Assembly (NCBI GenBank): GCA_963727445.1
Contig: CAVSGI010000010.1
Location: 896,001-960,000 of the forward strand
Length of the DNA stretch: 64,000 nt
DNA from: an uncultured delta proteobacterium
GTDB lineage: Bacteria; Myxococcota_A; Polyangia; Polyangiales; B10-G4
Direction: 5' to 3'
Of the stretch, positions 21,607 to 29,376 are shown piece by piece (positions within the stretch are counted from its first letter, which is position 1; each line of letters starts with the position of its first letter). Below the pieces are notes generated by a model. The model did no database searches, was not told where the DNA came from, and saw only the letters and a list, made by a program, of their open reading frames with translations. The translations under genes were made by a program, and so were the position numbers.

Positions 21607-23638
21607 TCAGGGAATGGAGGGCAAGGCGGCGAAGGCGGCGTCGGGGCTCGGCGCGGGAACGGCGATCGGCTCGCCGAGCCCGTCGGATTCCGCCCGGAAG
21701 CAGAAAAACCCGCCCGTCTCCACCGTCCCAACCCGGTGCCGCCACCGCGATCTCGGACAGCCCGTCGCCATCCACGTCACCGGCAGAGGCGAGGCTCGCG
21801 CCGAAGCCAGCGCCCGGCTGAACGCCGACGAGCTCGATGGCGTTGCCCACCGCCTCGAGATCCGTGCTCTTCAACAGGTAGACGAGGCCCGCACCCGCCA
21901 TGCCGGCCGAGGTCGCGCCGCTCGCCCCCACCAGCACCTCGTCCCGTCCGTCGCCGTCGAGGTCGGCCACGCCGACCACCGACGTACCGTAGCGATCGCC
22001 CGAGACCCGGTCACGCAGGAGCTCCGGTGAGCCGAAGCGCTCCGGGTAGCGCGTCGACCAGTAGAGGAGGATCGCGCCGCCCTCGCCCATCATGTCCGCG
22101 CCCACCGCGATCTCCGCGGCGCCGTCACCGTCGAGATCCCCGACCCGCGCCGCCGACGCCGCGTATCCATCCTCGCTGCGTCCCGCGCCGCTCGAGAGCA
22201 CCAGCGCGGATTCGCTCGGCACGCTGTCGCTCGACCCGAGAAAGAGGTGCGCTTCGGGGGTGGCGCCGCCCGCGGCCACCACGAAGACGTCGTCGATCCC
22301 GTCCCCGTCGACGTCACCCAGGTTCTGAACCGAGCCGCCGAGCTCGGGCGCCGGCGCCGCGCTGGGTGAGAGGCGCACGGGATCGCCTGGACCGTCGCCC
22401 GTCCAATGCACGACGTACGCGGCGCCTTCGGTGCCGCGAGGCGCGCCGATCACGAGGTCGCGACGGCCGTCTCCGTCGATGTCGGCGATGGCGAGGGCGG
22501 CACCGAAGCCCGCGGCGCCGTCCGCCATCGGAGGACTCAACTGGTGGGTGAGCATCAGGTCCCCGCTCGCCCCCTCGAAGACGTAGACCCGCCCTTCGCC
22601 GCCGGGGGCCCCCACGATCATCTCGGCGTTGCCGTCCCCATCGAGATCGCCGATGGCGACGGCGGCGCCGACCTCGTCGCTCGTGTCGTCCACCACCGTC
22701 TGCCCGCTCGGGGTGAGCTCGAGACCGGTGGCGCTGCCGCGGAAGAGATAGGCGGACTCGGCGCCCGACGCGCCCACGAAGAGATCCGAGTAGCCGTCGC
22801 CGTCCGCGTCGTTGGGCAGGCGGCCGACATCGAGGTAGCGCGTCGCCGACCACGGCCCGCAGCCGCCGGCGTTACAGGCGCGCACGCGCCAGACCCACCG
22901 CGCGCCCACCGGCGCCGAGGTCGAGGCGGAGAGCGGTTCGGCGAGCACGACCTGGCTCGCGGCGACGGTCTGCACCCGCGCACCGCTGAACGCGCACTCG
23001 GGGTACGCGTCGATGCTGCAGTCTTCCGAGAGAGCGAGCTCGTAGTGGGTCGCTCCCGCCACCTCGTTCCACACGAAGCGCGGCGTCAGCGAGCTCTCCG
23101 CGTGGATGGAGCCGGTGGACGCGCCGTTGTCGGGATGAAGCGGGCTCGGTGCAACGGTAGGCGCCGCGGCCGCGACCGAAGGGTCGCAGGAGAGCTCGGC
23201 CATCACCAGGGTCGCTTCGCCATCGAGCTCCTGGTCGCTACAGAGCGTGGCCCCTGCACAACAGTCGGCGAGCTCGAGATCGACACGCACGCGGCGGTCC
23301 TCGGTGAAGGCGCCGTGGATCCGCGCGCGCGCCAGCACCGCCCCTGAGGCGTCCCGCGCCTCGAAGTCCGCGACGAGCTCGCGCGAGGCGTCGCCGCCTT
23401 TCGGGGCCACCACGACGTGGAGCGGCCAGCTGATCTCGGAGTCCGCCCCGAAGACGTGGGTGCTCGTGGGCGGGGCCTCGTCCGAAGCGACATCGACGCC
23501 GCCCCGCGTCGAGACGGCGACGGTCGCGATCAACGTGCGGAGGGAATCGCCCGCGTCGACCATCACGTCGAGCTGGGTGGGCTCGTCGGCGCCGCAACTC
23601 GCGACGAGGAGCAGGAGCGCTGTGACCATCCACCTCAC
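21607..23638 (-). CDS. FG-GAP/integrin-alpha-like beta-propeller lipoprotein (+1 frameshift at about 21688)
   Basis: GTG 23638 overlaps the upstream TGA; lipobox LVASC; FN3-like WVWRVRACN; repeated GDxDGDGxxD/ExxVGA. The corrected frame ends ...GSDGLGEPIAVPAPSPDAAFAALPSIP* at 21607. Confidence 0.82.
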
Positions 23639-24312
23639 CAGGAGAGCGCCTCCAAGACGACCCCGTCGGCGCCGGGCTCGGGCGACGGGTCCTGGCTGAG
23701 GACGAGGGCGATGGCCGTCGCGCCAGCGCCGGCGATGAGGACGAGGGCGGTCCAGAACCACCAGCGATCGAGGACCGTGTACTCGCCATCCTCGTCGACC
23801 TGGTCGACGTCCGCCTCGGTAGTGGTGACGTCGATCTCCGCCGGCCGCTCCTCGGGTGGCGCGTCGGCCTCGGCCTCGCGCTGCGCGATCTGGTCTTCGA
23901 GGATCTGGACACGCGCTTCGATGCTGCGCCGGTCGGGCGTCTCCGGCCTCAGGCGCAGATACATCTGGAACGCTTCGAGCGCTTCGTCGTCGCGCCGCAG
24001 ACGATCGAGCGTGACGCCGATGTTGTAGAGGATCTGCGGATCCTCGGCGAGGAGGTAGCTGCGCTCGAAGGAAGCGAGCGCGTCTGGATAGCGACCGTTA
24101 TCGAAGGCGCGCTCTGCGGCGAGGAAGAGCAAGCGCGCCTCCTCGAGACGTTCGGCCCGCGCCGCCTCGCTCTCTTCCGGCTGGACGTCTTCATCCGTCG
24201 CGACCTCCGCCTCCTGTGCGGTCGGCTCCGCGTCCTCGACTTCGACGTCCTGCGCCATGGCGCTTCGACAAAGCGCGATCATCAGCAACACGACTGCAGC
24301 GCTCAACCTCAC
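23635..24312 (-). CDS. Secreted TPR protein with C-terminal membrane anchor
   Basis: Signal peptide; A...F..GRY.DAL..F...Y....ILYNIG...D TPR; WWFW TM tail. Confidence 0.85.
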   Translation of the reverse strand: MRLSAAVVLLMIALCRSAMAQDVEVEDAEPTAQEAEVATDEDVQPEESEAARAERLEEARLLFLAAERAFDNGRYPDALASFERSYLLAEDPQILYNIGVTLDRLRRDDEALEAFQMYLRLRPETPDRRSIEARVQILEDQIAQREAEADAPPEERPAEIDVTTTEADVDQVDEDGEYTVLDRWWFWTALVLIAGAGATAIALVLSQDPSPEPGADGVVLEALSW

Positions 24313-24426
24313 TCGCGAGCCTCCTCGACCTCCGGACGGCCACCATACTACCGCGAAGGAGGCCGATCTCCGTAGCCAGAGCGCCGCCCGAGCACCGCGA
24401 CCTACGATTGGCTACACTGTGCGCCC

Positions 24427-25893
24427 GTGCGACTTCCCGACGACATGCTCACCCGCACCCCCGAAGAGGCGGCTCGGCGCATCGCGCTCGTCTTCCTCGA
24501 AGAGGCCTCCGCCGCCGCCGCGCGCCTCGACGATCCGGATGACGAGGAGGCGCTCCACGACTTCCGTGTCGCCGTTCGTCGCCTTCGCGCCACGGCGCGC
24601 GCCTACGACGAAGAGCTCGACGGTGTCCTGGGCAAGAAGGAGCGGCGTCGCCTGAAGAAGCTCCAGCGGGCGACCGGGCCCGGCCGCGACGCCGAGGTCG
24701 CGCTCTGTTGGCTCGAAAAGACGCGGCCGAGCATCGGTGAGGCGCACGTCCTGGGCTTCGAGACCCTGGTCCGACGCCTCGAAGAACAGAAGGCGTCCTG
24801 CTACGCGCGCGCGAAGAAGCAGGTGCGGCGCGACTTCGAGAAGTTTCGCAAGGCCCTCGAGCGGCGGCTCGAGGTGATGACCGTCGAGGTGCACCTTCGC
24901 GACCCCTCGCCGCCACCCACCTGGGCCGAAGGTCTCGCCGACGAGGCCCGCGCCGCCATCGACGAGGTGGTGGCAGACCTCGAAGGGGTGCGTGGGCAGG
25001 ACGACGCCGGCGCGCTCACCGGCGTGCACGACGCACGCATCGCGATGAAGCGCATGCGCTATCTCCTCGAGCCAGCGCGCGATCACGTGCAGGCGATTCG
25101 CCCTTTGATCAAGGAGTGCAAGTCGCTTCAGGACGTGCTCGGTGAGATCAACGATTGCCACGTGCTGAATGCGCTCCTCGACGAGACTGTCGAGGAGGCC
25201 ACCAAGCGACGCGCCGAGCGGCTTCACGAGCTCGCGCTCGCCGATGACGAGGAGCGCATGCGCGACGAAGTCCGGCGCACCGAGCGCCCCGGCTTCGAGG
25301 AGATCCGTCGACGCCTGGTCGCACGAGAGGAAGCGCTGATGCAGAGCGTTCGCGCCGACTGGCTGCAGGGCGGCCTGTCGACCTTCGCCGGTCACGTCCG
25401 TGCGCTCACCGAGAGGCTGGAAGCGCTGGGCGAGCGCAACGTGGAGATCGAGCGCAAGTACCTGCTGAAGCGCTTGCCGAACGCGGTGCAGAAGGCCAGC
25501 GTCAAGACCATCGTTCAGGGGTGGATCCCAGGCAATCGGCTGCGCGAGCGCCTCCGTCGGATCGAGACCCCGAAGGGGACGAAGTACGTCCGCACCGTCA
25601 AGACGGGCGAGGGGATCGAGCGCTTCGAGATCGAAGAGGAGACGAGCGCGGAGGTCTTCGACGCCCTGTGGCCCCTCACCGAGGGCTGCCGCGTCGAAAA
25701 GCGCCGCTACGACGTCTCGGACGGCGACCTCACCTGGGAGATCGACGAGTTCACCGATCGCGACCTCTTTCTCGCCGAGGTGGAGCTGGCCACCCCCGAC
25801 GCCCAGCCTCCTCTGCCCGACTGGCTCGCGGAGACCGTGGTCGAAGAGGTCACGGGCGACCCCGAGTACGTGAACCTGAACCTCGCGAAGTAG
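24427..25893 (+). CDS. CHAD domain - CYTH domain fusion (polyphosphate-binding / triphosphate tunnel metalloenzyme)
   Basis: HDFRVAVRRLR, HDARIAMKRMRY and LQDVLGEINDCHV (CHAD); EIERKYL, KRRY, WEID and EVE (CYTH). Confidence 0.9.
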   Translation: MRLPDDMLTRTPEEAARRIALVFLEEASAAAARLDDPDDEEALHDFRVAVRRLRATARAYDEELDGVLGKKERRRLKKLQRATGPGRDAEVALCWLEKTRPSIGEAHVLGFETLVRRLEEQKASCYARAKKQVRRDFEKFRKALERRLEVMTVEVHLRDPSPPPTWAEGLADEARAAIDEVVADLEGVRGQDDAGALTGVHDARIAMKRMRYLLEPARDHVQAIRPLIKECKSLQDVLGEINDCHVLNALLDETVEEATKRRAERLHELALADDEERMRDEVRRTERPGFEEIRRRLVAREEALMQSVRADWLQGGLSTFAGHVRALTERLEALGERNVEIERKYLLKRLPNAVQKASVKTIVQGWIPGNRLRERLRRIETPKGTKYVRTVKTGEGIERFEIEEETSAEVFDALWPLTEGCRVEKRRYDVSDGDLTWEIDEFTDRDLFLAEVELATPDAQPPLPDWLAETVVEEVTGDPEYVNLNLAK

Positions 25894-25932
25894 GGCGGTG
25901 CGGCCGCCGTTTCTCGGGCCTTCGAAAAAGTC

Positions 25933-25958
25933 TGTCACGCTGCCTCTTTCGCTTCGTC
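25933..25958 (+). promoter_or_regulatory. Candidate ECF-sigma promoter TGTCAC-N16-CGTC
   Basis: tgtcac gctgcctctttcgctt cgtc, 47 nt upstream of the first gene of an ECF operon. Confidence 0.5.
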
Positions 25959-26005
25959 ATGCATCACGAAAGCCGGACGCTGACCGGCGGAGAGGAAAAG
26001 AGACG

Positions 26006-26374
26006 ATGATGGAGTTCTTTCAGGCGGGCGGCTGGCCCATGTTTCTCATTCTGGCCCTCGGCCTCGTGACCCTGGTGGCGGCGGCGCTCTTCATGCGGAA
26101 GCCCCAGGCGCGCGATGTGGGGATGATCCGGGGCTTTTCGGTCGCCACGGTGTTCGCGGTGCTCTGCGGCATCGCCGCCGACCTGGCCGCGGTCTTCACC
26201 CACGTGCCGAACAACCCCGAATGGGCGAACAGCCCCGACATGCCGCTCATCGTGATGACCGGTCTCGGCGAGTCGCTGACCCCGGCGATCCTCGGCTTCA
26301 GCTTGTTGACCCTCGCGTGGCTCGTGACCGCGGTGGGCGTTCGCCGGCTGGGCGCCACCGAGATGGCGGCCTGA
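26006..26374 (+). CDS. Small 3-TM membrane protein (MotA/TolQ/ExbB- or GldL-like N-terminus)
   Basis: GAGG RBS; MMEFFQAGGWPM start; three hydrophobic helices. Confidence 0.75.
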   Translation: MMEFFQAGGWPMFLILALGLVTLVAAALFMRKPQARDVGMIRGFSVATVFAVLCGIAADLAAVFTHVPNNPEWANSPDMPLIVMTGLGESLTPAILGFSLLTLAWLVTAVGVRRLGATEMAA

Positions 26375-26379
26375 GGAGC

Positions 26380-26928
26380 TTGGACGACGAGCAGCAGCTC
26401 GTCGCCGCGTTGTTGCGCGGAGAGCGCGAGGCCTTCGATGCGATCTACGATCACTACCGGCCTCGCGTCTTCGCGTTCCTGGCGCGGCTCAGCGGAGATC
26501 GCGTCCTCGCGGAAGATCTCCTGCAGGAGACATTCGTGCGACTGGCGAGGAACGCGAAGAGCCTCGGTGGAGACTTTCGACCGAGGCCCTGGCTCTTCAC
26601 GGTCGCCCGCAACCTCTTCGTCGACCATCGGCGCCGCGCGCTTGTCGACTTCGACCGGCTACGCGATCTCGCGCTGTGGCCAAGCCGCCCGCGACGCGTC
26701 GAGGACACGCCCTTCGACCTCGCCCAGGCGACCGAGACCGAGAGGCGCCTCGAAGCCGCCCTCCTCTGCCTCCCCACGCCGCACCGCGAGGCGCTCCTGT
26801 TGGTCGCGGTGGAAGGCCTCGAGCCGACCGAAGCCGCCGCGGTCCTCGGCATTCGACCGGAGGCGCTTCGAAAGCGCCTCTCTCGCGCGCGCTCGGCGCT
26901 GCGCGCTATCCTGGAGAACGAACGATGA
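26380..26928 (+). CDS. ECF RNA polymerase sigma factor
   Basis: Region 2 AEDLLQETF...WLFTVARN; region 4 REALLL...G....EAA.VLG....RKRLSRAR. Start (TTG) is uncertain. Confidence 0.9.
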   Translation: MDDEQQLVAALLRGEREAFDAIYDHYRPRVFAFLARLSGDRVLAEDLLQETFVRLARNAKSLGGDFRPRPWLFTVARNLFVDHRRRALVDFDRLRDLALWPSRPRRVEDTPFDLAQATETERRLEAALLCLPTPHREALLLVAVEGLEPTEAAAVLGIRPEALRKRLSRARSALRAILENER

Positions 26929-27155
26929 GCGACGAAGAGCTCGACCAGGCGCTCGGTGAGCTGAGCGCCCACGACCTGGACGGCTGGCGCCGGGACAACA
27001 TCCGGCGCCGCGCGCACGAGGCCTTGTCGGGCCGAGTGCCATCACGCCTCGCGAGCGCGTACCGCCGCTTCTTCGAGCCGGCGATGGTGGCCACCGTCTG
27101 TGTGATCCACCTCGTCTGGGCCTTCGGCGCCGCCGCCAGCGTCCTGTTGCGCTGA
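26925..27155 (+). CDS. Small membrane protein, probable anti-sigma factor
   Basis: ATGA overlap with the ECF stop; 76 aa, soluble helical N-terminus and one C-terminal TM. Confidence 0.65.
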   Translation: MSDEELDQALGELSAHDLDGWRRDNIRRRAHEALSGRVPSRLASAYRRFFEPAMVATVCVIHLVWAFGAAASVLLR

Positions 27156-27213
27156 TGGCCGTGCCGCTTCGGCGCGCTTTCCGCTAGGCTTCCCCCTCAC
27201 GGAGGGAGGGCCG

Positions 27214-28578
27214 ATGGCGCAGAGGCGGAGCACGAAGCGGAGCTCGAAGAAGACGTCGAAGTCCTCGAAGAAGAAGACTTCGAAGGCTCCGAGGAAGACG
27301 GCGAGGACGTCGAAGTCCTCGAAGAAGACGTCCAAGGCTCCGAAGAAGGCGACGAAGACCTCGCCTGGCAAGCGGCGTGCGCCGAAGAAGAGCACGACCA
27401 AGAAGGCCGCCACCAAGAAGAGCGCCACCAAGAAGAGCGCCACCAAGAAGAGCGCCACCAAGAAGAGCGCCACCAAGAAGGCCGCGCAGGCCGCCGACGC
27501 GCCAGCGAAGAAGTCCCCCGCCGCGGCCGCGCTGGCGAAGAAGCGCGCCCCCACCAGTCGCAAGACCGTGCCGGGCGGCACGGCGCCCGAGATCGATGAC
27601 GTGACGCGGGCGAAGAAGGCGCTTCGCGAAGTGCGCGAGATCGTCGAACGGGTGAGCGACGCCGAGGCCGAGCAGATCCTCGGTGATGGGAACCTGGAGA
27701 AGCTCCTCACGTCGGTGGTGCCAGCGCCGGGGCGAAGCACCAAGTCCACCCACGAGCACCTCGCCAAGCACAAGCGGCGCGCTTCACTCCTCGCACGCCT
27801 CCGCCACGACATCAACGACCGTTCGGCGTTCACCGCGGACGGGGGATGGGTCTCGCCCACGCGGGTCCAGTGGTTCTACGACGGGCTGACCTTCCTCGAA
27901 GGGCCCGAGCCCTATCGCGGCGTGGTGGGTCTCTATCGCGACGGTGCGATCGGGTACGGGCTCGGCGTCGAGGACGTCGGCAAGGAGGACTCCCTCGGCC
28001 CCCTCGCCTCCGACTTCGTATCGGTGGACGACGCGAAGAAGAGCTTTCGTGGGGCGAGCGGAAAACCAGCAGACGCGCTGGCCGAGATGATGGCCCTCTC
28101 CACCGAGGGCGGCACCGACACCAGCGCCTGGGTGGATCTGCTGAGCAGGCATCCCTGGATGCTCGGCGCCCAACACGCGTCGATCACCCGATTGGAACAG
28201 CGCGACCCCGACCTGCCCAGCGTCGTGGGCAAGCGCGCGAGCGACAACGCCACCGACGTGCTCCTGGTGGAGCCCCAGTCGACGCCGATCGTCGGCAAGA
28301 CGGGCAAGGTCCTGAACAGCTTCCGCGACGTCTGGGCGCGAGCGGAGAAGCTGCGCACCTTCGTGCAGCGCCAGGCGAGCTACCTGTCGCGCGAGCTGCG
28401 CCTCAAGATCCGGGAGCCACGCTTCCTGATCATCGCCGGCGCCGCGCTCACCCCCGAGGAGCGCGCGGTCGTCCAGAGAGACATGGAGGCCCACCACGCC
28501 GCGGTGCGCCTCGTGACCTACGACGAGCTCAGGCGTCTCGCCGAGCGAACGCTGGCGTTCTTCGAGTCCCGCCTCTGA
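27214..28578 (+). CDS. Histone-H1-like Lys-rich N-terminus fused to a degenerate Shedu/DUF4263-like nuclease domain
   Basis: GGAGGGAGG RBS; about 115 aa of K/S/A/T-rich repeats. The C-terminal W..L...HPWMLG ... P...R..D...D ... F...W..AE ... PRFLIIAG ... VTYDEL...A scaffold resembles DUF4263. Confidence 0.7.
   Translation: MAQRRSTKRSSKKTSKSSKKKTSKAPRKTARTSKSSKKTSKAPKKATKTSPGKRRAPKKSTTKKAATKKSATKKSATKKSATKKSATKKAAQAADAPAKKSPAAAALAKKRAPTSRKTVPGGTAPEIDDVTRAKKALREVREIVERVSDAEAEQILGDGNLEKLLTSVVPAPGRSTKSTHEHLAKHKRRASLLARLRHDINDRSAFTADGGWVSPTRVQWFYDGLTFLEGPEPYRGVVGLYRDGAIGYGLGVEDVGKEDSLGPLASDFVSVDDAKKSFRGASGKPADALAEMMALSTEGGTDTSAWVDLLSRHPWMLGAQHASITRLEQRDPDLPSVVGKRASDNATDVLLVEPQSTPIVGKTGKVLNSFRDVWARAEKLRTFVQRQASYLSRELRLKIREPRFLIIAGAALTPEERAVVQRDMEAHHAAVRLVTYDELRRLAERTLAFFESRL
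27385..27474 (+). repeat. 15-bp coding tandem repeat AAGAAGAGCGCCACC (KKSAT)
   Basis: Four exact copies at 27415-27474 plus two degenerate copies upstream. Confidence 0.95.
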
Positions 28579-28596
28579 GCTGATACTTTTGCAGGC

Positions 28597-29376
28597 GTGA
28601 AAGCGCTGTCTCCTCTTCTCGTCCTTTCCATGCTCCTCGCCAGCTGCGGCGAAGATTCGCCAACGTGCATCGACAGCTCGGGCTGCCCCACCGGAAATCG
28701 CTGCGTCGACGGCGAGTGCGTCGCGCCCGTGGCGATGGACGGCAGCGTCGACTCCGGCACCTCCCCTGACGGCGCGACCGGCGACGCGACCGCTTCCGAC
28801 GGCGGTGACGACGCCGCGCCCCCATGCACCGCCGCCGAGTGCGACGATGGCAACGAGTGCACCGACGACCGCTGCACCGCGAGCGGCTGCGAGAACCGCC
28901 CCAACACCGCCGCCTGCGACGACAGCACCTTCTGCAACGGCTCGGACAGCTGCATGGATGGCACGTGCGCGGTACACAGCGGCGATCCCTGCGGCGGGCT
29001 CGCGTGTGACGAGATGGCCGACTCCTGCATGGGCAGCTGCACCACCGACGCCGAGTGCCCCGCGGACGTGGTGGCCGCCTGGAGCAGCTGCGCTGGCTTC
29101 AGCGACGTCTGTGACGAAACAGGCATGCGCAGCCGCGACGTGGCAACCTTCACCTGCATGGGCGGCGTGTGCGTGGGCGCGATCACCACGGAGATGGAGG
29201 CGTGCATGCGCGACTCGGACGGGACGATCTGCGACGATGGGATGGGCTGCACCTTCCCGGACACCTGCGTGGGCGGCGTCTGTCAGGGGGAGATGGCCTG
29301 CCCACCCGGATGCAGCTGCCGGCGCCGCCGCTTCGAGTGCTACGACGACGTCACCGGCACCCGCTGCGCGCTCTGA
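28597..29376 (+). CDS. Cys-rich lipoprotein
   Basis: Lipobox LLASC; CDDGNECTDDRC and CNGSDSC repeats. Confidence 0.8.
   Translation: MKALSPLLVLSMLLASCGEDSPTCIDSSGCPTGNRCVDGECVAPVAMDGSVDSGTSPDGATGDATASDGGDDAAPPCTAAECDDGNECTDDRCTASGCENRPNTAACDDSTFCNGSDSCMDGTCAVHSGDPCGGLACDEMADSCMGSCTTDAECPADVVAAWSSCAGFSDVCDETGMRSRDVATFTCMGGVCVGAITTEMEACMRDSDGTICDDGMGCTFPDTCVGGVCQGEMACPPGCSCRRRRFECYDDVTGTRCAL

Noticed and set aside
21062..23761. 899-aa ORF as a genuine fusion of the FG-GAP protein with the downstream protein
   Set aside because: Removing one base at about 21688 gives a natural stop at 21607, and the downstream part has its own RBS and ATG at 21556.
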